DNA of 64,000 bases from Antedon mediterranea (lineage: Eukaryota; Animalia; Echinodermata). Below are positions 1 through 11,600 of the stretch, piece by piece (within the stretch, counting starts at the first letter, position 1; each line of letters starts with the position of its first letter). A program made the translations under genes and the position numbers. The notes under the pieces are model-generated. The model saw only the letters and a program-made list of their open reading frames with translations, did not search any database and was not told the origin of the DNA. The stretch is taken from positions 434,001 to 498,000 of the forward strand of contig NW_027306095.1 in NCBI RefSeq assembly GCF_964355755.1, given 5' to 3'.

Positions 1-1430
1 ATGTTTTTGTGTGAAAAGTTTCATCGAAATGCACAAAATTGTCTAAAACGTCTCCAAATACGATATTAAGCTATTTTGTGCACTTTGATGTTTTTGTGTG
101 AAAAGTTTCATCGAAATGCACAAAATGGTCTAAAACGTCTGAAAATGCGATTTGAAGCAATTTTGTGCACTTTGATGTTTTTGTGTGAAAAGTTTCATCG
201 AAATGCACAAAATGGTCTCTAAAACGTCTGCAAATGCGATTTGAAGCTATTTTGTGCACTTTGTCGTTTTTGTGTGAAAAGTTTTTTCGAAATGCACAAA
301 ATGGTCTAAAACGTCTCCAAATGCGATTTGAAGCAATTTTGTGCACTTTGATGTTTTGTGTAATCCAGTTTCATCGAAATGTACAAAATTGTCTAAAACG
401 TCTCTAAATGCGATTTGAAGCTATTTTGTGCACTTTGTCGTTTTTGTGTGAAAAGTTTTTTCGAAATGCACAAAATGGTCTAAAACGTCTCCAATTGCGA
501 TTTGAAGTTATTTTGTGCACTTTGATGTTTTGTGTGAAAAGTTTTATCGAAATGCTCAAAATGGTCTAAAACGGTTTCAAATGTGATTTTAAGCACTTTG
601 ATATTTTTGTATAATCAAGTTAAATCGAAAAGCACAAAATGGTCTAAAACGTCTCCAAATGCGATTTGAAGTTATTTTGTGCACTTTGATGTTTTGTGTG
701 AAAAGTTTTATCGAAATGCTCAAAATGGTCTAAAACGGTTTCAAATGTGATTTTAAGCACTTTGATATTTTTGTGTAATCAAGTTTCATCGAAATGCTCA
801 AAATGGTCTAAAACGTCTCCAAATGCGATTTGAAGCTATTTTGTGCACTTTGATGTTTTTTTGTGAAAAGTTTCATCGAAATGCACAAAATGGTCTAAAA
901 CGTCTCTAAATGCGATTTGAAGCTATTTTGTGCACTTTGATGTTTTTGTGTGAAAAGTTTCATCGAAATGCACAAAATGGTCTAAAACGTCTCTAAATGC
1001 GATTTGAAGCTATTTTGTGCACTTTGATGTTTTTTTGTGAAAAGTTTCATCGAAATGCACAAAATGGTCTAAAACGTCTCTAAATGCGATTTGAAGCTAT
1101 TTTGTGCACTTTGATGTTTTTTTGTGAAAAGTTTCATCGAAATGCACAAAATTGTCTAAAACGTCTCTAAATGCGATTTGAAGCTATTTTGTGCACTTTG
1201 TCGTTTTTGTGTGAAAAGTTTCATCGAAATGCACAAAATGGTCTAAAACGTCTGCAAATGCGATTTGAAGCTATTTTGTGCACTTTGTCGTTTTTGTGTG
1301 AAAAGTTTTTTCGAAATGCACAAAATGGTCTAAAACGTCTCCAATTGCGATTTGAAGTTATTTTGTGCACTTTGATGTTTTGTGTGAAAAGTTTTATCGA
1401 AATGCTCAAAATGGTCTAAAACGGTTTCAA

Positions 1431-1508
1431 ATGTGATTTTAAGCACTTTGATATTTTTGTGTAATCAAGTTTCATCGAAATGCACAAAATGGTCTAAAAC
1501 GTCTGCAA
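1431..1508 (+). repeat. Representative 78-bp short monomer
   Basis: ATGTGATTTTAAGCACTTTG...: lacks TATTTTGTGC (10 bp) and has AATCAA in place of GAAAA (+1). Confidence 0.95.
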
Positions 1509-1846
1509 ATGCGATTTAAAGCTATTTTGTGCACTTTAATGTTTTGTGTGAAAAGTTTTATCGAAATTCTCAAAATGGTCTAAAACGGTTTCAAATGTGA
1601 TTTTAAGCACTTTGATGTTTTTGTGTAATCAAGTTTCATCGAAATGCACAAAATGGTTTAAAACGTCTGCAAATGCGATTTGAAGCTATTTTGTGCACTT
1701 TGATGTTTTTGTGTGAAAAGTTTCATCGAAATGCACAAAATTGTCTAAAACGTTTCCAAATACGATATTAAGCTATTGTATGCACTTTGATGTTTTTGAG
1801 TGAAAAGTTTTTTCGAAATGCACAAAATGGTCTAAAACGTCTCCAA

Positions 1847-1970
1847 ATGCGATTTGGAGCTCTTTTGTGCACTTTGATGTTTTGTGTAAAAAGTTTGCTA
1901 TTTTGTGCACTTTAATGTTTTGTGTGAAAAGTTTTATCGAAATGCTCAAAATTGTCTAAAACGGTTTCAA
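1847..1970 (+). repeat. Representative 124-bp long monomer with internal 38-bp direct repeat and GAGCTC site
   Basis: GCTCTTTTGTGCACTTTGATGTTTTGTGTAAAAAGTTT is followed directly by GCTATTTTGTGCACTTTAATGTTTTGTGTGAAAAGTTT. Confidence 0.95.
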
Positions 1971-2633
1971 ATGTGATTTTAAGCACTTTGATATTTTTGT
2001 GTAATCAAGTTTTTTCGAAATGCACAACATGGTCTAAAACGTCTCCAAATGCGATTTGAAGCTATTTTGTGCACTTTGATGTTTTTGTGTGAAAAGTTTC
2101 ATCGAAATGCACAAAATGGTCTAAAACGTCTCTAAATGCGATTTAAAGCTATTTTGTGCACTTTGTCGTTTTTGTGTGAAAAGTTTCATCGAAATGCTCA
2201 AAATGGTCTAAAACGTCTCCAAATGCGATTTGAAGCAATTTTGTGCACTTTGATGTTTTTGTGTGAAAAGTTTCATCGAAATGCACAAAATGGTCTAAAA
2301 CGTCTGCAAATGCGATTTGAAGCTATTTTGTGCACTTTGATGTTTTTTTGTGAAAAGTTTCATCGAAAGGCACAAAATTGTCTAAAACGTCTCTAAATGC
2401 GATTTGAAGCTATTTTGTGCACTTTGTCGTTTTTGTGTGAAAAGTTTCATCGAAATTCCCAAAATGGTCTAAAACATCTCCAAATGCGATTTGAAGCAAT
2501 TTTGTGCACTTTGATGTTTTTGTGTGAAAAGTTTCATCGAAATGCACAAAATGGTCTAAAACGTCTGCAAATGCGATTTGAAGCTATTTTGTGCACTTTG
2601 TCGTTTTTGTGTGAAAAGTTTTTTCGAAATGCA

Positions 2634-5600
2634 CAAAATGGTCTAAAACGTCTCCAAATGCGATTTGAAGCAATTTTGTGCACTTTGATGTTTTGTGTAA
2701 TCCAGTTTCATCGAAATGTACAAAATTGTCTAAAACGTCTCTAAATGCGATTTGAAGCTATTTTGTGCACTTTGTCGTTTTTGTGTGAAAAGTTTCATCG
2801 AAATGCTCAAAATGGTCTAAAACGTCTCCAAATGCGATTTGAAGCAATTTTGTGCACTTTGATGTTTTTGTGTGAAAAGTTTCATCGAAATGCACAAAAT
2901 GGTCTAAAACGTCTGCAAATGCGATTTGAAGCTATTTTGTGCACTTTGTCGTTTTTGTGTGAAAAGTTATTTCGAAATGCACAAAATGGTCTAAAACGTC
3001 TCCAATTGCGATTTGAAGTTATTTTGTGCACTTTGATGTTTTGTGTGAAAAGTTTTATCGAAATGCTCAAAATGGTCTAAAACGGTTTCAAATGTGATTT
3101 TAAGCACTTTGATATTTTTGTGTAATCAAGTTTCATCGAAATGCACAAAATGGTCTAAAACGTCTGCAAATGCGATTTAAAGCTATTTTGTGCACTTTAA
3201 TATTTTGTGTGAAAAGTTTTATCGAAATTCTCAAAATGGTCTAAAACGGTTTCAAATGTGATTTTAAGCACTTTGATGTTTTTGTGTAATCAAGTTTCAT
3301 CGAAATGCACAAAATGGTTTAAAACGTCTGCAAATGCGATTTGAAGCTATTTTGTGCACTTTGATGTTTTTGTGTGAAAAGTTTCCTCGAAATGCACAAA
3401 ATTGTCTAAAACGTCTCCAAATACGATATTAAGCTATTTTGTGCACTTTGATGTTTTTGTGTGAAAAGTTTCATCGAAATGCACAAAATGGTCTAAAACG
3501 TCTGCAAATGCGATTTGAAGCTATTTTGTGCACTTTGTCGTTTTTGTGTGAAAAGTTTCATCGAAATGCTCAAAATGGTCTAAAACGTCTCCAAATGCGA
3601 TTTGAAGCAATTTTGTGCACTTTGATGTTTTTGTGTGAAAAGTTTCATCGAAATGCACAAAATGGTCTCTAAAACGTCTGCAAATGCGATTTGAAGCTAT
3701 TTTGTGCACTTTGTCGTTTTTGTGTGAAAAGTTTTTTCGAAATGCACAAAATGGTCTAAAACGTCTCCAAATGCGATTTGGAGCTCTTTTGTGCACTTTG
3801 ATGTTTTGTGTAAAAAGTTTGCTATTTTGTGCACTTTAATGTTTTGTGTGAAAAGTTTTATCGAAATGCTCAAAATTGTCTCAAACGGTTTCAAATGTGA
3901 TTTTAAGCACTTTGATATTTTTGTGTAATCAAGTTTTTTCGAAATGCACAACATGGTCTAAAACGTCTCCAAATGCGATTTGAAGCTATTTTGTGCACTT
4001 TGATGTTTTTGTGTGAAAAGTTTATTCGAAATGCACAAAATGGTCTAAAACGTCTCTAAATGCGATTTGAAGTTATTTTGTGCACTTTGATGTTTTGTGT
4101 GAAAAGTTTTATCGAAATGCTCAAAATGGTCTAAAACGGTTTCAAATGTGATTTTAAGCACTTTGATATTTTTGTGTAATCAAGTTTCATCGAAATGCTC
4201 AAAATGGTCTAAAACGTCTCCAAATGCGATTTGAAGCTATTTTGTGCACTTTGATGTTTTTTTGTGAAAAGTTTCATCGAAATGCACAAAATGGTCTAAA
4301 ACGTCTCTAAATGCGATTTGAAGCTATTTTGTGCACTTTGATGTTTTTGTGTGAAAAGTTTCATCGAAATGCACAAAATGGTCTAAAACGTCTCTAAATG
4401 CGATTTGAAGCTATTTTGTGCACTTTGATGTTTTTTTGTGAAAAGTTTCATCGAAATGCACAAAATGGTCTAAAACGTCTCTAAATGCGATTTGAAGCTA
4501 TTTTGTGCACTTTGATGTTTTTTTGTGAAAAGTTTCATCGAAATGCACAAAATTGTCTAAAACGTCTCTAAATGCGATTTGAAGCTATTTTGTGCACTTT
4601 GTCGTTTTTGTGTGAAAAGTTTTTTCGAAATGCACAAAATGGTCTAAAACGTCTCCAAATGCGATTTGAAGCAATTTTGTGCACTTTGATGTTTTGTGTA
4701 ATCCAGTTTCATCGAAATGTACAAAATTGTCTAAAACGTCTCTAAATGCGATTTGAAGCTATTTTGTGCACTTTGTCGTTTTTGTGTGAAAAGTTTTTTC
4801 GAAATGCACAAAATGGTCTAAAACGTCTCCAATTGCGATTTGAAGTTATTTTGTGCACTTTGATGTTTTGTGTGAAAAGTTTTATCGAAATGCTCAAAAT
4901 GGTCTAAAACGGTTTCAAATGTGATTTTAAGCACTTTGATATTTTTGTATAATCAAGTTAAATCGAAATGCACAAAATGGTCTAAAACGTCTGCAAATGC
5001 GATTTAAAGCTATTTTGTGCACTTTAATGTTTTGTGTGAAAAGTTTTATCGAAATTCTCAAAATGGTCTAAAACGGTTTCAAATGTGATTTTAAGCACTT
5101 TGATGTTTTTGTGTAATCAAGTTTCATCGAAAAGCACAAAATGGTTTAAAACATCTGCAAATGCGATTTGAAGCTATTTTGTGCACTTTGATGTTTTTGT
5201 GTGAAAAGTTTCATCGAAATGCACAAAATTGTCTAAAACGTTTCCAATTACGATATTAAGCTATTGTATGCACTTTGATATTTTTGAGTGAAAAGTTTCA
5301 TCGAAATGCACAAAATGGTCTAAAACGTCTCTAAATGCGATTTGAAGCTATTTTGTGCACTTTGATGTTTTTGTGTGAAAAGTTTCATCGAAATGCACAA
5401 AATGGTCTAAAACGTCTCTAAATGCGATTTGAAGCTATTTTGTGCACTTTGATGTTTTTTTGTGAAAAGTTTCATCGAAATGCACAAAATGGTCTAAAAC
5501 GTCTCTAAATGCGATTTGAAGCTATTTTGTGCACTTTGTCGTTTTTGTGTGAAAAGTTTCATCGAAATGCTCAAAATGGTCTAAAACGTCTCCAAATGCG

Positions 5601-8600
5601 ATTTGAAGCAATTTTGTGCACTTTGATGTTTTTGTGTGAAAAGTTTCATCGAAATGCACAAAATGGTCTAAAACGGTTTCAAATGTGATTTTAAGCACTT
5701 TGATGTTTTTGTGTAATCAAGTTTCATCGAAATGCACAAAATGGTCTAAAACGTCTGCAAATGCGATTTAAAGCTATTTTGTGCACTTTAATGTTTTGTG
5801 TGAAAAGTTTTATCAAAATTCTCAAAATGGTCTAAAACGGTTTCAAATGTGATTTTAAGCACTTTGATGTTTTTGTGTAATCAAGTTTCATCGAAATGCA
5901 CTAAATGGTTTAAAACGTCTGCAAATGCGATTTGAAGCTATTTTGTGCACTTTGATGTTTTTGTGTGAAAAGTTTCATCGAAATGCACAAAATTGTCTAA
6001 AACGTCTCCAAATACGATATTAAGCTATTGTATGCACTTTGATGTTTTTGAGTGAAAAGTTTTTTCGAAATGCACAAAAGGGTCTAAAACGTCTCCAAAT
6101 GCAATTTGAAGCAATTTTGTGCACTTTGATGTTTTGTGTAATCCAGTTTCATCGAAATGTACAAAATTGTCTAAATCGTCTCTAAATGCGATTTGAAGCT
6201 ATTTTGTGCACTTTGTCGTTTTTGTGTGAAAAGTTTTATCGAAATGCTCAAAATGGTCTAAAACGGTTTCAAATGTGATTTTAAGCACTTTGATATTTTT
6301 GTGTAATCAAGTTTCATCGAAATGCACAAAATGGTCTAAAACGTCTCCAAATGCGATTTGAAGCAATTTTGTGCACTTTGATGTTTTTGTGTGAAAAGTT
6401 TCATCGAAATGCTCAAAATGGTCTAAAACGTCTCCAAATGCGATTTGAAGCAATTTTGTGCACTTTGATGTTTTTGTGTGAAAAGTTTCATCGAAATGCA
6501 CAAAATGGTCTAAAACGTCTGCAAATGCGATTTGAAGCTATTTTGTGCACTTTGATGTTTTTTTGTGAAAAGTTTCATCGAAAGGCACAAAATTGTCTAA
6601 AACGTCTCTAAATGCGATTTGAAGCTATTTTGTGCACTTTGTCGTTTTTGTGTGAAAAGTTTCATCGAAATTCCCAAAATGGTCTAAAACATCTCCAAAT
6701 GCGATTTGAAGCAATTTTGTGCACTTTGATGTTTTTGTGTGAAAAGTTTCATCGAAATGCACAAAATGGTCTAAAACGTCTGCAAATGCGATTTGAAGCT
6801 ATTTTGTGCACTTTGTCGTTTTTGTGTGAAAAGTTTTTTCGAAATGCACAAAATGGTCTAAAACGTCTCCAAATGCGATTTGAAGCAATTTTGTGCACTT
6901 TGATGTTTTGTGTAATCCAGTTTCATCGAAATGTACAAAATTGTCTAAAACGTCTCTAAATGCGATTTGAAGCTTTTTTGTGCACTTTGTCGTTTTTGTG
7001 TGAAAAGTTTTTTCGAAATGCACAAAATGGTCTAAAACGTCTCCAAATGCGATTTGAAGCAATTTTGTGCACTTTGATGTTTTGTGTAATCCAGTTTCAT
7101 CGAATTGTACAAAATTGTCTAAAACGTCTCTAAATGCGATTTGAAGCTATTTTGTGCACTTTGTCGTTTTTGTGTGAAAAGTTTTATCGAAATGCTCAAA
7201 ATGGTCTAAAACGGTTTCAAATGTGATTTTAAGCACTTTGATATTTTTGTGTAATCAAGTTTCATCGAAATGCACAAAATGGTCTAAAACGTCTGCAAAT
7301 GCGATTTAAAGCTATTTTGTGCACTTTAATGTTTTGTTTGAAAAGTTTTATCGAAATTCTCAAAATGGTTTAAAACGGTTTCAAATGTGATTTTAAGCAG
7401 TTTGATGTTTTTGTGTAATCAAGTTTCATCGAAATGCACAAAATGGTTTAAAACGTCTGCAAATGCGATTTGAAGCTATTTTGTGCACTTTGATGTTTTT
7501 GTGTGAAAAGTTTCATCGAAATGCACAAAATTGTCTAAAACGTCTCCAAATACGATATTAAGCTATTTTGTGCACTTTGATGTTTTTGTGTGAAAAGTTT
7601 CATCGAAATGCACAAAATGGTCTAAAACGTCTGAAAATGCGATTTGAAGCAATTTTGTGCACTTTGATGTTTTTGTGTGAAAAGTTTCATCGAAATGCAC
7701 AAAATGGTCTCTAAAACGTCTGCAAATGCGATTTGAAGCTATTTTGTGCACTTTGTCGTTTTTGTGTGAAAAGTTTTTTCGAAATGCACAAAATGGTCTA
7801 AAACGTCTCCAAATGCGATTTGAAGCAATTTTGTGCACTTTGATGTTTTGTGTAATCCAGTTTCATCGAAATGTACAAAATTGTCTAAAACGTCTCTAAA
7901 TGCGATTTGAAGCTATTTTGTGCACTTTGTCGTTTTTGTGTGAAAAGTTTTTTCGAAATGCACAAAATGGTCTAAAACGTCTCCAATTGCGATTTGAAGT
8001 TATTTTGTGCACTTTGATGTTTTGTGTGAAAAGTTTTATCGAAATGCTCAAAATGGTCTAAAACGGTTTCAAATGTGATTTTAAGCACTTTGATATTTTT
8101 GTATAATCAAGTTAAATCGAAATGCACAAAATGGTCTAAAACGTCTGCAAATGCGATTTAAAGCTATTTTGTGTACTTTAATGTTTTGTGTGAAAAGTTT
8201 TATCGAAATTCTCAAAATGGTCTAAAACGGTTTCAAATGTGATTTTAAGCACTTTGATGTTTTTGTGTAATCAAGTTTCATCGAAATGCACTAAATGGTT
8301 TAAAACGTCTGCAAATGCGATTTGAAGCTATTTTGTGCACTTTGATGTTTTTGTGTGAAAAGTTTCATCGAAATGCACAAAATTGTCTAAAACGTCTCCA
8401 AATACGATATTAAGCTATTGTATGCACTTTGATGTTTTTGAGTGAAAAGTTTTTTCGAAATGCACAAAATGGTCTAAAACGTCTCCAAATGCGATTTGGA
8501 GCTCTTTTGTGCACTTTGATGTTTTGTGTAAAAAGTTTGCTATTTTGTGCACTTTAATGTTTTGTGTGAAAAGTTTTATCGAAATGCTCAAAATTGTCTA

Positions 8601-11600
8601 AAACGGTTTCAAATGTGATTTTAAGCACTTTGATATTTTTGTGTAATCAAGTTTTTTCGAAATGCACAACATGGTCTAAAACGTCTCCAAATGCGATTTG
8701 AAGCTATTTTGTGCACTTTGATGTTTTTGTGTGAAAAGTTTATTCGAAATGCAAAAATGGTCTAAAACGTCTCCAAATGCGATTTGAAGTTATTTTGTGC
8801 ACTTTGATGTTTTGTGTGAAAAGTTTTATCGAAATGCTCAAAATGGTCTAAAACGGTTTAAAATGTGATTTTAAGCACTTTGATATTTTTGTGTAATCAA
8901 GTTTCATCGAAATGCTCAAAATGGTCTAAAACGTCTCCAAATGCGATTTGAAGCTATTTTGTGCACTTTGATGTTTTTTTGTGAAAAGTTTCATCGAAAT
9001 GCACAAAATGGTCTAAAACGTCTCTAAATGCGATTTGAAGCTATTTTGTGCACTTTGATGTTTTTGTGTGAAAAGTTTCATCGAAATGCACAAAATGGTC
9101 TAAAACGTCTCTAAATGCGATTTGAAGCTATTTTGTGCACTTTGATGTTTTTTTGTGAAAAGTTTCATCGAAATGCACAAAATGGTCTAAAACGTCTCTA
9201 AATGCGATTTGAAGCTATTTTGTGCACTTTGATGTTTTTTTGTGAAAAGTTTCATCGAAATGCACAAAATTGTCTAAAACGTCTCTAAATGCGATTTGAA
9301 GCTATTTTGTGCACTTTGTCGTTTTTGTGTGAAAAGTTTCATCGAAATGCACAATATGGTCTAAAACGTCTGCAAATGCGATTTGAAGCTATTTTGTGCA
9401 CTTTGTCGTTTTTGTGTGAAAAGTTTTTTCGAAATGCACAAAATGGTCTAAAACGTCTCCAATTGCGATTTGAAGTTATTTTGTGCACTTTGATGTTTTG
9501 TGTGAAAAGTTTTATCGAAATGCTCAAAATGGTCTAAAACGGTTTCAAATGTGATTTTAAGCACTTTGATATTTTTGTGTAATCAAGTTTCATCGAAATG
9601 CACAAAATGGTCTAAAACGTCTGCAAATGCGATTTAAAGCTATTTTGTGCACTTTAATGTTTTGTGTGAAAAGTTTTATCGAAATTCTCAAAATGGTCTA
9701 AAACGGTTTCAAATGTGATTTTAAGCACTTTGATGTTTTTGTGTAATCAAGTTTCATCGAAATGCACAAAATGGTTTAAAACGTCTGCAAATGCGATTTG
9801 AAGCTATTTTGTGCACTTTGATGTTTTTGTGTGAAAAGTTTCATCGAAATGCACAAAATTGTCTAAAACGTTTCCAAATACGATATTAAGCTATTGTATG
9901 CACTTTGATGTTTTTGAGTGAAAAGTTTTTTCGAAATGCACAAAATGGTCTAAAACGTCTCCAAATGCGATTTGGAGCTCTTTTGTGCACTTTGATGTTT
10001 TGTGTAAAAAGTTTGCTATTTTGTGCACTTTAATGTTTTGTGTGAAAAGTTTTATCGAAATGCTCAAAATTGTCTAAAACGGTTTCAAATGTGATTTTAA
10101 GCACTTTGATATTTTTGTGTAATCAAGTTTTTTCGAAATGCACAACATGGTCTAAAACGTCTCCAAATGCGATTTGAAGCTATTTTGTGCACTTTGATGT
10201 TTTTGTGTGAAAAGTTTCATCGAAATGCACAAAATGGTCTAAAACGTCTCTAAATGCGATTTAAAGCTATTTTGTGCACTTTGTCGTTTTTGTGTGAAAA
10301 GTTTCATCGAAATGCTCAAAATGGTCTAAAACGTCTCCAAATGCGATTTGAAGCAATTTTGTGCACTTTGATGTTTTTGTGTGAAAAGTTTCATCGAAAT
10401 GCACAAAATGGTCTAAAACGTCTGCAAATGCGATTTGAAGCTATTTTGTGCACTTTGATGTTTTTTTGTGAAAAGTTTCATCGAAAGGCACAAAATTGTC
10501 TAAAACGTCTCTAAATGCGATTTGAAGCTATTTTGTGCACTTTGTCGTTTTTGTGTGAAAAGTTTCATCGAAATTCCCAAAATGGTCTAAAACATCTCCA
10601 AATGCGATTTGAAGCAATTTTGTGCACTTTGATGTTTTTGTGTGAAAAGTTTCATCGAAATGCACAAAATGGTCTAAAACGTCTGCAAATGCGATTTGAA
10701 GCTATTTTGTGCACTTTGTCGTTTTTGTGTGAAAAGTTTTTTCGAAATGCACAAAATGGTCTAAAACGTCTCCAAATGCGATTTGAAGCAATTTTGTGCA
10801 CTTTGATGTTTTGTGTAATCCAGTTTCATCGAAATGTACAAAATTGTCTAAAACGTCTCTAAATGCGATTTGAAGCTATTTTGTGCACTTTGTCGTTTTT
10901 GTGTGAAAAGTTTCATCGAAATGCTCAAAATGGTCTAAAACGTCTCCAAATGCGATTTGAAGCAATTTTGTGCACTTTGATGTTTTTGTGTGAAAAGTTT
11001 CATCGAAATGCACAAAATGGTCTAAAACGTCTGCAAATGCGATTTGAAGCTATTTTGTGCACTTTGTCGTTTTTGTGTGAAAAGTTATTTCGAAATGCAC
11101 AAAATGGTCTAAAACGTCTCCAATTGCGATTTGAAGTTATTTTGTGCACTTTGATGTTTTGTGTGAAAAGTTTTATCGAAATGCTCAAAATGGTCTAAAA
11201 CGGTTTCAAATGTGATTTTAAGCACTTTGATATTTTTGTGTAATCAAGTTTCATCGAAATGCACAAAATGGTCTAAAACGTCTGCAAATGCGATTTAAAG
11301 CTATTTTGTGCACTTTAATATTTTGTGTGAAAAGTTTTATCGAAATTCTCAAAATGGTCTAAAACGGTTTCAAATGTGATTTTAAGCACTTTGATGTTTT
11401 TGTGTAATCAAGTTTCATCGAAATGCACAAAATGGTTTAAAACGTCTGCAAATGCGATTTGAAGCTATTTTGTGCACTTTGATGTTTTTGTTTGAAAAGT
11501 TTCCTCGAAATGCACAAAATTGTCTAAAACGTCTCCAAATACGATATTAAGCTATTTTGTGCACTTTGATGTTTTTGTGTGAAAAGTTTCATCGAAATGC

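Larger units (their letters stand above)
1345..2048 (+). repeat. Representative 704-bp 8-monomer cassette (86+78+86+78+87+87+124+78)
   Basis: Monomer starts include 1345, 1431, 1509, 1847, 1971 and 2049. The same order of diagnostic variants recurs near 8.0, 9.5, 16.6, 18.6, 22.2, 23.9, 29.8, 35.1, 41.5, 42.9 and 55.2 kb, and inverted near 62.5-63.2 kb. Confidence 0.92.

Noticed and set aside
2238-2291. Hairpin as rho-independent terminator or structured ncRNA gene
   Set aside because: The stem is AT-rich, repeated hundreds of times with no gene context, and there is no evidence of transcription.
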